DNA from: a virus
Lineage: Duplodnaviria; Caudoviricetes
Strand: one strand, 5' to 3'
IMG/VR virus record: IMGVR_UViG_3300030433_001574
Location: 1-64,000 of that record
Length of the DNA: 64,000 nucleotides
Shown here in pieces: positions 9,514-18,252 of the stretch. The position numbers were made by a program, and so were the translations under genes. The notes under the pieces were generated by a model. The model had not been told where the DNA came from and searched no databases. It was given only the letters and a program-made list of their open reading frames with translations. Within the stretch, counting starts at the first letter, position 1, and every line of letters starts with the position of its first letter.

Positions 9514-10793
9514 ATTGGATGCAAGGATATGGAAGTAAAGCAGGTTGTCACACTGGTAACCCAGTAGTGTTTGAGATTGATGGTGTAAGTATACACGCTG
9601 GTGGTCACAGTCGTAACGGTGGGTGGCATCGTATGTCACCGCTACCTGACCTCGCCATCGGCCCAGCACAAGTGATGGACAATCCTCGTGCTACGGTTGT
9701 GCCTGATGGTTGGTCATGTCAAGGCTACATTGGTGGTGATACTCCACAAATTATCAGCATCGACTGGCCTGACTTCAGCATACCTCAAGATGTTCACCGT
9801 GAGTTTTGGTTGGCGCTTGTTGCTGACATCAAAGCCAATGGCATCAAGACTGTATCGACGCAGTGCGTTGGTGGTCATGGTCGGACTGGTGTGCAGTTGT
9901 GTATTCTTGGCTACCTCATGGGTGACCCTACTTGTCTCAAGCAACCCGACGCCGCTTCACTTATCGAGCATGTCCGTGACATCTATTGTCACCATGCTGT
10001 CGAGGGCAAGTCTCAGCAGACCTACGTTGCTGAGGTTCTACAGATACCTGAAGGCAAGTCACTCTTCAAGTCGTTCAAGAAGAAGAACAACTTCTCGTTC
10101 ACTGATACATCTGACTACCCCATGAAGAATGGTAAGAAGAAGGAGGACAAGGACAACTACATGCCGAAGTCTACCTACTGGGTTGAGGATGAAGATGACT
10201 ACGACGATGGCGATGGCTTCCCGACCACATGGCAACTGCATTCCTGTGGTTTGTGTGGCACACCTGAGTGGGTGCATCTCGATGACCCAGTGCCTGAGCA
10301 GTGTAGTAACTGCGGAGCACCTGAGATGATGCTATCCACTGATGCGCTGTATGATATGTCAGGCATCTGTCCTAAGTGTGACAACACTGTGTCTCACTTT
10401 GGTATGCATGATGACGGACACTGCATTGTCTGTGCGGCTGAAGAGGCTGGCATCAAGACTCGTGACGGTATGGTTCAGTGCAAGAAGTCGAAGAAGTTCT
10501 ACTTGCCTGAGTTCATGAACGTCGAGACATGGGTGTCTCGTGATGCTGAGCGCACTGCTCGTATCAAGAAAGAGGAACAGACCAAGCGAGCCAAAGACAA
10601 GAAGGCTAAGGGCAAAGGCAAGGGCAAAGGCAAGAAAGGTAAGGACTACCCTGCGAAGAAAAAGAAACAACTCAACAATAAAGAACTGAAGCGCAAGCAA
10701 GAGGAGGCTCGCTTACGAATCACACAAAGGAGTCTTGATGACTACTTAGAAGACCGTGGGTTTGACTTCGATGGGATGGAAGACTTCATCTGA
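9510..10793 (+). CDS. Cys-based PTP/dual-specificity phosphatase with Zn knuckles, Lys-rich tail and PIP-like box
   Basis: IDWPDF (WPD loop), QCVGGHGRTG (CX5R, Cys119), VEGKSQ (Q-loop-like); several CxxC; QRSLDDYL near C-terminus. Confidence 0.85.
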   Translation: MNWMQGYGSKAGCHTGNPVVFEIDGVSIHAGGHSRNGGWHRMSPLPDLAIGPAQVMDNPRATVVPDGWSCQGYIGGDTPQIISIDWPDFSIPQDVHREFWLALVADIKANGIKTVSTQCVGGHGRTGVQLCILGYLMGDPTCLKQPDAASLIEHVRDIYCHHAVEGKSQQTYVAEVLQIPEGKSLFKSFKKKNNFSFTDTSDYPMKNGKKKEDKDNYMPKSTYWVEDEDDYDDGDGFPTTWQLHSCGLCGTPEWVHLDDPVPEQCSNCGAPEMMLSTDALYDMSGICPKCDNTVSHFGMHDDGHCIVCAAEEAGIKTRDGMVQCKKSKKFYLPEFMNVETWVSRDAERTARIKKEEQTKRAKDKKAKGKGKGKGKKGKDYPAKKKKQLNNKELKRKQEEARLRITQRSLDDYLEDRGFDFDGMEDFI

Positions 10794-10795
10794 TT

Positions 10796-10814
10796 GTTGA
10801 TATATAAAGGAACA
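10796..10814 (+). promoter_or_regulatory. Conserved TATA promoter motif, copy 6
   Basis: GTTGATATATAAAGGAACA, 34 nt before ATG 10830. Confidence 0.85.
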
Positions 10815-10829
10815 TTAGAAGGTGATAAC

Positions 10830-11246
10830 ATGACAAACGATTTTGGACAACCGAGACTACAAGTAAGAACGCAATTTGATACCAACCGCATTCACATTCA
10901 AGGTGTGGGTGAACCTACGGTCAATCGTAAGTATGGTATTGCACTGGAACTACGAGCACCACCTGAACTGACAGAGTGGTTAAGTGAACAAGAACCTACA
11001 CTGGCAAGCCCAGCAAGTGGGTCAGTTCTCTATGCACCACTGGAAGTTATCTCGTATGTGGAGCATGAAGGCACAGTGCAACTACTCATCAAAGGCACAG
11101 AGTTGAACCACCCAAGTGGGGCTATGCTCGATGTCAAGGATGACTCAACAGCAGTGGACACACTCATTACATTCGTGAAGAACACATCGTCAGGTCTTGT
11201 GATTGAGAGTGGCGATGTCTACTCAACTGGCGAAGAGGAGGAATGA
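10830..11246 (+). CDS. Hypothetical protein
   Basis: ORF after promoter. Confidence 0.75.
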   Translation: MTNDFGQPRLQVRTQFDTNRIHIQGVGEPTVNRKYGIALELRAPPELTEWLSEQEPTLASPASGSVLYAPLEVISYVEHEGTVQLLIKGTELNHPSGAMLDVKDDSTAVDTLITFVKNTSSGLVIESGDVYSTGEEEE

Positions 11247-11249
11247 AGC

Positions 11250-11417
11250 GTGAACGTAATCAAAAGATGGAGAGAAATAATTCAAGAAATTAAAACAACA
11301 ACCCATAGTCACAAAGGGCTTGATGGGACAATGAAAAGTCAATACAATAGGCGTGAGCAAATTGCCGCTTTATTGGTTATCGCTGAAGTATTGCAAGGGG
11401 CAAGCAAGGAGGACTAA
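11250..11417 (+). CDS. 55-aa hypothetical microprotein (not in ORF track)
   Basis: GTG start, MNVIKRWREIIQEIK...EVLQGASKED; fills the intergenic gap exactly. Confidence 0.5.
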   Translation: MNVIKRWREIIQEIKTTTHSHKGLDGTMKSQYNRREQIAALLVIAEVLQGASKED

Positions 11418-11419
11418 GC

Positions 11420-11629
11420 ATGACGGCATGGGTAGACATGGGAACACTGGATGAGATTGCATACAACCATCACTGGCATGGCGCTGGGCCGATTACTCGT
11501 GAGACTTTGGAGGAACATTACCCTGAGTTTCTTGAACATATACCCGAAGTCATAGAGCGAATCGAACACGTCCTTGAGATGTGGCAAGACACAATCATAG
11601 ACTTCAGGAAGATACTCAGAGGTGACTGA
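11420..11629 (+). CDS. Hypothetical protein
   Basis: GGAGG RBS. Confidence 0.6.
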   Translation: MTAWVDMGTLDEIAYNHHWHGAGPITRETLEEHYPEFLEHIPEVIERIEHVLEMWQDTIIDFRKILRGD

Positions 11630-11631
11630 AC

Positions 11632-11850
11632 ATGGGACAAGCATGGGATTACAATAGCATGACGAAACTCGCCGCCTTTGTAGCATCAGGTGTAGAAGAG
11701 TATGACCGACAGGATGTAGAGTCGATGGTCGAAACCTGTGGTTGGCAAACGGCTATTCACTTCTTCGCTCGATACGAAAACCAATACGGTGCTAACTGCA
11801 CAAAGCAAATGGCATGGATTGCTGAAATAAAGGAAAGAGAGGAGGAGTGA
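11632..11850 (+). CDS. Hypothetical protein
   Basis: GAGGTGA RBS. Confidence 0.65.
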   Translation: MGQAWDYNSMTKLAAFVASGVEEYDRQDVESMVETCGWQTAIHFFARYENQYGANCTKQMAWIAEIKEREEE

Positions 11851-12524
11851 ACATGACGAAGCCACAGATTTACACAGACATGAGAGCGCAACTTATGCTC
11901 AGCCTATCGAAGATTGTATTCAAGAGTGGTGGGGGCAAGACAAGCAAAGCCCTTCCATCTATTCAAGAGGGCATTGGTGACAAAGGTTTCTTGCTTCCGT
12001 TGCCTGAGTCAGTAAGTGATTACTTAGCGCTACGCAAGAAAGCACTATCCGATTCCTCGTGCCGAGCACAAGACACTGCCAGCACACACCTGACATGGAT
12101 GACATACCATCAACACTTAGCATCACACTGCGACGTTGTTGATGGTGTTGCATGGGAGATGTTGTATCAAGAACTGGCAGAGACATTCAACGTATCTATC
12201 GACGCACTCAACTGTATGGAGATGGGGATTAACGCAGACCCGGCACAGACGTTCCTACACATCAGAGGATTCAAACCAATGCTTACTCCTTCAACAAAGA
12301 CAACACCTGAGTATGTTGCTTATGCTAATGCACATGCGGAAGAACATGAATGGGATTTGTCACAACTCTTCCCACCAGCGTTAGCGCTATCGTTTGATGA
12401 GATGAATCAGTTCGATGAAATCGTCAAAGAGATGCTGACGGACTTAGGCGTAGAAGGAGAAGTCCCATCGTTCCTCGATGTAATGATGGGCGCTGACGTA
12501 GGAGATGACGTGTCTCTCGCATGA
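11847..12524 (+). CDS. Hypothetical protein
   Basis: 225-aa ORF with GTGA overlap. Confidence 0.75.
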   Translation: MNMTKPQIYTDMRAQLMLSLSKIVFKSGGGKTSKALPSIQEGIGDKGFLLPLPESVSDYLALRKKALSDSSCRAQDTASTHLTWMTYHQHLASHCDVVDGVAWEMLYQELAETFNVSIDALNCMEMGINADPAQTFLHIRGFKPMLTPSTKTTPEYVAYANAHAEEHEWDLSQLFPPALALSFDEMNQFDEIVKEMLTDLGVEGEVPSFLDVMMGADVGDDVSLA

Positions 12525-12552
12525 GACGATGATAGTCGCTAAAGGAGCGTGA

Positions 12553-12852
12553 ATGAACATGAGCGAAAGCAAGAACAAAATAATCACTAAATTGACGAAG
12601 ACCATCGGTGACTGTGCGAAGAAAATCGACAACCTTCAACGCATTATTCGTAACGTGAAAGAGCGTTACGATTTCAGGTCATGCCAACTGTGCGATGACC
12701 TGTATGATACACATGAATACTCCCGTTGCCCTGAATGTCCGTATTGCACTGGATGTGAACAGACAGTCGAGCAACTGCATGACAACGGAAACGGAGATGA
12801 GTGGTGCGGAGAATGCATCGAACATCGCCATGACATTGATGATTGGAGATAG
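12553..12852 (+). CDS. Coiled-coil plus multi-CxxC Zn-finger protein
   Basis: CQLC, CPEC, CTGC, CGEC. Confidence 0.7.
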   Translation: MNMSESKNKIITKLTKTIGDCAKKIDNLQRIIRNVKERYDFRSCQLCDDLYDTHEYSRCPECPYCTGCEQTVEQLHDNGNGDEWCGECIEHRHDIDDWR

Positions 12853-12870
12853 TTGATATATAAAGCAACA
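12852..12870 (+). promoter_or_regulatory. Conserved TATA promoter motif, copy 7
   Basis: GTTGATATATAAAGCAACA. Confidence 0.85.
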
Positions 12871-12894
12871 GTAAAGAAAAGAAACACAAGGAGA

Positions 12895-13500
12895 ATGATG
12901 AACATGACAAACGATGATGTAACCATAATTGGACGTAGCGGTATTCCTACCCCTACTGAGCATACGAATGAACAACTGGTGAGCAAATTTGCCTACAGTT
13001 ACAACGGTGACCACAGAGGGTGGGGTCAAGACAGGCTCTACTATCAAGGTAAAGACGACCCTGAAGATGTGAACAGCGTGTTCTTGGGCTACAAGCACAA
13101 CAACACTGGTGTTATCCTCATGCTACAGAACTACCGTCGAGCAAGCAACGGTGTCCGAACCATATACAGACTCGACGGCACAAAGACTGTGAGCACTGTT
13201 TTCAAGGATGACAGCAAGAGCAACTACTTGCACTACTTGACAAATGCTATGGATGCGATTGACTCAAAGCGTAAGAACTGGGATGTAGTTGTATGCTCAG
13301 TCAAGCCTTCAGTAGCACCTGTCTTCAACCGATTACACCTTTGGACGAGCAATGAATACATGCCTGACACTGATTTGAGCATGGTATTCCAAGCCGACCA
13401 AGTGATTCAGAAGGGATGCAAGACCATCCCTACAGTTCAGATTCCAGTTACAACAGTGACAATGGAGAAAACAAACAAGATTGAGGAGTTGATAGTATGA
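12895..13500 (+). CDS. Hypothetical protein
   Basis: ORF after promoter, AGGAG RBS. Confidence 0.75.
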   Translation: MMNMTNDDVTIIGRSGIPTPTEHTNEQLVSKFAYSYNGDHRGWGQDRLYYQGKDDPEDVNSVFLGYKHNNTGVILMLQNYRRASNGVRTIYRLDGTKTVSTVFKDDSKSNYLHYLTNAMDAIDSKRKNWDVVVCSVKPSVAPVFNRLHLWTSNEYMPDTDLSMVFQADQVIQKGCKTIPTVQIPVTTVTMEKTNKIEELIV

Positions 13501-15059
13501 GTGGAGAATGGCAAGGATGGCAAACGTGGAACACATATCTGAAAGCAGGTATCGTGGAGAACAGTGTAGATTTCAGCGAGGAAGCGATTATCGTAGACCA
13601 TGCTGTTGGTCGAACAAAGGATGCAATCGGCAAGTGCTGGCCTATGGATGCGGCAGTTGCCTACACACTGATGAAGGCTGGCCCTGATGTCAGTCTGACA
13701 TGGAGCGAGATGGTGAATACCTACACTCGTGCGGCTTCTGTCATGATGACGGGCAAAGTTGGGTATGGCGAAGTGCCTACACCTAATGTTGCTTCATGTG
13801 GTCACGATGAGGTCATGGGCTTCAAGCACGTTCTTGCTGGGCCTGTCATTACCAATCAAGGTGAGTCTGATGAGGCGTTCTACATCAACACCAACTGGGG
13901 TTCAAGCACACTCGATGCATGGCTTGAAGCAGAGCGATTCAAACTCGATGAGTTGGGTCATGACGTTGATGCACTTCGTAAAAAGTATTCAGTGATTCGT
14001 GCATCGGAGCAACTCGACTTGAGACATTATCATCTTATGACCGACTCGTTCTTTGATGAACTCGTTGATGCCTACCAAGACTTCTTTGGTAACGTCGTTA
14101 TCAAACCTGATTGGAACAACTCAAGCATCATCAAGAACACCAGCCGAACATACGGTGAGTGTGCATGGGCCGATGAAGAAGGCAAGCAGTGCCGACATCA
14201 CGACAGGCCGACCACTCGTATTTGGTCTATGATTCGTAACGGTGAGTCAGACTCTGACTTCATCACAGCATGGTATCGTGGCCCATGTCAAAGTGGTTGG
14301 AACTACGACCAGTGGCCTATGCACACTTCTTCAATGGTTGCGAGCAACGTCGTCGCATGGGATGAGATGCGTCGTGGTCTGTCTCAGGCTGTGCCTGAGC
14401 ATCAAGTCATCGCTGACATTCGTGAGTCGTTGGCTCGTATGCTCAAGCGTAACGACAACATTGTCTCTAAGGAGGGTCGTGGTAAGAACTCCAAGCACCG
14501 ATGGTCTGACTGGGGCTGGCTCGCTGAGATGAGCGCCTATGTCAAGAACACCAGTAGTAAGAACCGTAAGGAAGGTGACGTTGAGAACGGCTGGAGATAC
14601 TGCAAGGTTCGCTCTCGTCGCTCCTTTGGTCACGAGATTGCTGACTTCGTTTGGAAGCCTGTTGATGAAATCAAGGACTTCCTTGTTGGTCGTCAAGAGC
14701 CTACTGATTGGGGTGCGAGTTCCATCATGAGCAACCTCCGCTTCTCTACCAAGCAACAGTGTATCGACTTCATGAGTGCTGTTGCTCAGGCTCACATTGA
14801 CAACGGTGGTCACTACAAGGCTCGGACACATCAGGGTCTTGACAAGAACGATGACGGTAAATGGTCTATCCGTTCCAGCACCATCGAGATTGTCATGCAT
14901 GGTCGTGTAGACCCTGAAGACTATCTCAGTCCTCAAGAGGTTATGAACATGTGGCGACATGCTTCAAGGGCTGTTCTCGATGAGCACAGAAACAACTTTG
15001 AACGTGCGCCACCTTACTCAGTCTCACAAGCCCCACCTGAAAATGAGGCGAGCGACTGA
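13497..15059 (+). CDS. Large hypothetical protein (520 aa)
   Basis: Long ORF with genome-typical codon usage; no motif recognised. Confidence 0.85.
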   Translation: MSGEWQGWQTWNTYLKAGIVENSVDFSEEAIIVDHAVGRTKDAIGKCWPMDAAVAYTLMKAGPDVSLTWSEMVNTYTRAASVMMTGKVGYGEVPTPNVASCGHDEVMGFKHVLAGPVITNQGESDEAFYINTNWGSSTLDAWLEAERFKLDELGHDVDALRKKYSVIRASEQLDLRHYHLMTDSFFDELVDAYQDFFGNVVIKPDWNNSSIIKNTSRTYGECAWADEEGKQCRHHDRPTTRIWSMIRNGESDSDFITAWYRGPCQSGWNYDQWPMHTSSMVASNVVAWDEMRRGLSQAVPEHQVIADIRESLARMLKRNDNIVSKEGRGKNSKHRWSDWGWLAEMSAYVKNTSSKNRKEGDVENGWRYCKVRSRRSFGHEIADFVWKPVDEIKDFLVGRQEPTDWGASSIMSNLRFSTKQQCIDFMSAVAQAHIDNGGHYKARTHQGLDKNDDGKWSIRSSTIEIVMHGRVDPEDYLSPQEVMNMWRHASRAVLDEHRNNFERAPPYSVSQAPPENEASD

Positions 15060-15379
15060 TGGAAGACAAGGACAAATACAAACACGCTCAGTTGAAGCCC
15101 TCAGCCATCACTCCTGATGGTATGTGGATATTACCCGATGGTCACAAGTGTGACCTCCGACATGTTCAATTACAACTCCCTGATGGGAGAGGTGAGGAGT
15201 GGGTCTTAGGTGTCATACTGTCAAGCGAAGGGATATACGAAGTGTGTCCTGAATGCGGTCATGACCTCAAGCAAGGCATGGTTCTCATCATGGAGAACCA
15301 TCACTACTTGGTCGTGCGATGCTGTGACAAACTCCTCCTCTATGAGAATCAGAAGATTAACCTGAACATATGGACGTGA
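15059..15379 (+). CDS. Zn-ribbon protein
   Basis: CPECGH...RCC. Confidence 0.7.
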   Translation: MEDKDKYKHAQLKPSAITPDGMWILPDGHKCDLRHVQLQLPDGRGEEWVLGVILSSEGIYEVCPECGHDLKQGMVLIMENHHYLVVRCCDKLLLYENQKINLNIWT

Positions 15380-15383
15380 TAAC

Positions 15384-16115
15384 ATGACAGAAGAATACGA
15401 ACCTGAACTGAAAGTATGGGCGCTTGAACATTTCAATCAAATGGCTGAGAAAGCAGTGTGGCGACCCGAAGGAACTGGGTGTCGTTATCGCAAGATAGAC
15501 GAGACGACATTACAACTTGAGCACAGGGTAGACCATCCTGACTCAGAAGCACACCACGAGCGCATCACTGGGCTGTTTGCATCAGTGAACATCGACATGA
15601 TTGACGACAATCCTTTGGTCACCAATGTTGCTTTATCAGCAGAAGAAGCATTCAGGCAAGAGATGCAAGAGCGCCAAGCGGTTGCGGCTTCGTGGACAAC
15701 TCCTGAAGGCATACCGCTATCCGAACTTCCACTTGAGGATGCATACCCAAAGTATCTCGGTGACAGAGAAGTGTTGCTTGATAACGGAGACACACATACA
15801 GTCGAAGACTGGGGTGTTGTCGTTCCTTACACTGAAGATGAAACAGGCGACCCGAACACCATCACGATGAATCCTGATGACTACAACTTACTTGCTGGCG
15901 ATGCTTTGTTCATGCGATACAAAATCAACCAACCTCTGAACTTCGACCACTACATGGTAGCCATGACTCGACAACAGATGTTTGATGCGGCTGAGTCAGG
16001 CGAGACTGCTATACTGGTAGGCTCTACTTGTCCTATCACTGGTGACAAAGTGCCTCCGTGGATGTGGGGAACTTGTTGCATGAAAGTTCAGACAGAGGAG
16101 TATGAGGAAGAATGA
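15384..16115 (+). CDS. Hypothetical protein
   Basis: 243-aa ORF. Confidence 0.8.
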   Translation: MTEEYEPELKVWALEHFNQMAEKAVWRPEGTGCRYRKIDETTLQLEHRVDHPDSEAHHERITGLFASVNIDMIDDNPLVTNVALSAEEAFRQEMQERQAVAASWTTPEGIPLSELPLEDAYPKYLGDREVLLDNGDTHTVEDWGVVVPYTEDETGDPNTITMNPDDYNLLAGDALFMRYKINQPLNFDHYMVAMTRQQMFDAAESGETAILVGSTCPITGDKVPPWMWGTCCMKVQTEEYEEE

Positions 16116-16291
16116 TTGGTAGTGAGTGGATTAACAAATATGTAGGCTATCGTGCTCGCATTGTAGGAGAACCTCTTGTTGGTGTCTTTGAACTGGATTA
16201 TTTCAATGATACCATCGGAGTCCAAAGATGGTCAGCGAGGGATTTACACAGGCATTGGGTTCGTGCCGACATGGTTCTTGAGGAGGAGTAG
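16112..16291 (+). CDS. 59-aa hypothetical microprotein (not in ORF track)
   Basis: MIGSEWINKYVGYRARIVG...VLEEE; ATGA overlap. Confidence 0.55.
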   Translation: MIGSEWINKYVGYRARIVGEPLVGVFELDYFNDTIGVQRWSARDLHRHWVRADMVLEEE

Positions 16292-16293
16292 AC

Positions 16294-16554
16294 ATGACTG
16301 AGAAGACTGTATGGCAATCGAGTAGCCTTGAGGCAAAGTGGAAGGATGGGCGAGGAGATGTCAGGCTTGCACATGTCAGTTTCTATGGCAAGGATTGGAT
16401 TGACCTACGCATACTTCGTGACGGTAAACAACACACAAGACATGGAGTTCGCTTGTCTATAGAACAGGCAACTGAGATGCTACCACGTCTCATAGAAGCC
16501 ATCGAAAGTGCGAAGGCTGACGAAGAACAGAAGGAAAGAAAAGACGACTCTTGA
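16294..16554 (+). CDS. PC4/YdbC-like ssDNA-binding protein
   Basis: VRLAHVSFYGKDWIDLR...TRHGVRLSIEQ resembles the PC4 pattern (FxGKxxIDIR..TKKGISL). Confidence 0.75.
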   Translation: MTEKTVWQSSSLEAKWKDGRGDVRLAHVSFYGKDWIDLRILRDGKQHTRHGVRLSIEQATEMLPRLIEAIESAKADEEQKERKDDS

Positions 16555-16555
16555 T

Positions 16556-16574
16556 GTTGATATATAAAGAGACA
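16556..16574 (+). promoter_or_regulatory. Conserved TATA promoter motif, copy 8
   Basis: GTTGATATATAAAGAGACA, 33 nt before ATG 16589. Confidence 0.85.
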
Positions 16575-16588
16575 GTATACTGTTCTCT

Positions 16589-16816
16589 ATGGAAAGAGCA
16601 GGGAGTGTTAGCCATGTCGAGTTTGAGGTCATCAGTTGGCTTCGTGACAACATCGACATCAGAGAATTAGAACAAGCGATGGTCAATGACGAAGTGACAA
16701 AGAAGCGTTGGTCTACTGGTGTAGCCAATGTTTGTGCTTTACTGGACAACATGTGCAGTAGGCGAACACACAAGTTACCAAAGACACACACAGAATACAA
16801 GGAGAAATCAAAATGA
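16589..16816 (+). CDS. Hypothetical protein
   Basis: ORF after promoter. Confidence 0.7.
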   Translation: MERAGSVSHVEFEVISWLRDNIDIRELEQAMVNDEVTKKRWSTGVANVCALLDNMCSRRTHKLPKTHTEYKEKSK

Positions 16817-17118
16817 ACAGCAAGAAAGAATGGAACTACCCCCCACTTTCAACCTTCGCTACCTTTGAAGTATTGTTGGTTGAAGATAGAGAAGATTGGG
16901 TGCAAGATGTGAGTGACAGGGGACTCCCTGCACCTGCATGGGAACACTACGCACAACTTGACAGTTGCGAAGACGCTTACAAACACGCTACATCAGTTGA
17001 GCCACCCGAAGGTTATCGGATTGCATTTATTGGTAATCAAAAAGAGGGGAAGGTATCGGGTGATTGGATATTTTCGTGGGAAGATTTTGAAAAGTTCAAG
17101 GAGAAATCAAAATGAACA
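16798..17118 (+). repeat. 22-bp perfect direct repeat flanking gene 16813-17115
   Basis: CAAGGAGAAATCAAAATGAACA at 16798-16819 and 17097-17118. Confidence 0.9.
16813..17115 (+). CDS. Hypothetical protein (repeat-flanked cassette)
   Basis: ATGA overlaps at both ends. Confidence 0.7.
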   Translation: MNSKKEWNYPPLSTFATFEVLLVEDREDWVQDVSDRGLPAPAWEHYAQLDSCEDAYKHATSVEPPEGYRIAFIGNQKEGKVSGDWIFSWEDFEKFKEKSK

Positions 17119-17639
17119 TATTCATCTTACACTTTCAAGCGGTCATAGCGGCCATGATGTATTGCGACAAGCACGTTCCTAAGATGTGCGTCGAACTACT
17201 CCAACAGATGGGTAGTGCTGTCATTCGTCATGGTGCTACACCTGAGCAAATGCCACTAACAAAGAAGGGAACACCACTCAAGGGTGGTTACCATCGTCAC
17301 CCATGCACTGTATGGTGTGGTGATTCACGAGCCAACTTTGAGTGGGCTTCTCGTCATGCCATTGGACTGTGCGAAGAATACACTCGACGCTTTGACAAGA
17401 CTCACTTCTGTGAGAAAGGCATTCGCCACTTGGCTGAGATGTCTCACATGATTCCTGAAGGTGAACTCACACCATTCGCTCAGGCTATGCCTGATGAATA
17501 CAAACATGAGAATGCAGTCACTGCTTATCGAGCATACTACCACAGCAAGCGATTCTCCAATGGCCCTCCACGATGGGACAGGTCACCTACTGGTGCTCCT
17601 AAGTGGTGGGTCGAACCTACACTGGAGGTGACAGCATGA
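17112..17639 (+). CDS. Pyrimidine-dimer DNA glycosylase / DenV-like family protein
   Basis: MNIF..CDKHVPKMCVE..HRHPCTVW..SRAN..LCEEYTRRF..H..FAQAMP..AYRAYY. Confidence 0.8.
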   Translation: MNIFILHFQAVIAAMMYCDKHVPKMCVELLQQMGSAVIRHGATPEQMPLTKKGTPLKGGYHRHPCTVWCGDSRANFEWASRHAIGLCEEYTRRFDKTHFCEKGIRHLAEMSHMIPEGELTPFAQAMPDEYKHENAVTAYRAYYHSKRFSNGPPRWDRSPTGAPKWWVEPTLEVTA

Positions 17640-18034
17640 GTTTCTTTCACGAACCTGAGAAAGCATCCTGTAAAGTCTACGAAGGTAAGACCTGTATACC
17701 TTCCATAAGGGCTTTCGTTATTCATCATTGTCCTGAAACAGACAACATATGGCGAGACAAGTTGCTGAAAGATTTAGACGAGATGGAAGAAAGAAAGTAT
17801 CTCGTAAAGGGTAATGGACAGATAGGCATACAAATTGACCGTGATGGTAGACTGATAGACTACACATGGTCATTCGGTCAGAAGACTAAGCGCAGACTAA
17901 GCGTATGGTGTAGGGGTAGACTCTACAACGCCAATGGGGGCATAGTGATTGCTGCTCGTATTGACTCTCCTACTTGGGTTATCAGAGAAGATTGTTTGAA
18001 ACAACCTCTCGATGACAGCGTAGAGGAGGAATGA
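17636..18034 (+). CDS. Hypothetical protein
   Basis: GGAGGTGA RBS, ATGA overlap. Confidence 0.7.
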   Translation: MSFFHEPEKASCKVYEGKTCIPSIRAFVIHHCPETDNIWRDKLLKDLDEMEERKYLVKGNGQIGIQIDRDGRLIDYTWSFGQKTKRRLSVWCRGRLYNANGGIVIAARIDSPTWVIREDCLKQPLDDSVEEE

Positions 18035-18252
18035 AAATGAAATGTAGTTGCGAAAGAGAAGATTGTCTATGGCTGGATGGCGACCCTGAAGGAGAGAACG
18101 ACCACGGTTGTCCTGTCTTTGTCAAGTCAGCGATATTAGCACAAATGGAAGACTTAGATGCATACGATAAGAAGAAAGTAATCATGGAGATAGTGGACTA
18201 TCTCGGTGACAATATCTCTCCAGTAGGTTGGTGGATAAAATGGTTAAGATAA
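18031..18252 (+). CDS. Small Cys-containing hypothetical protein
   Basis: ATGA overlap. Confidence 0.6.
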   Translation: MKMKCSCEREDCLWLDGDPEGENDHGCPVFVKSAILAQMEDLDAYDKKKVIMEIVDYLGDNISPVGWWIKWLR

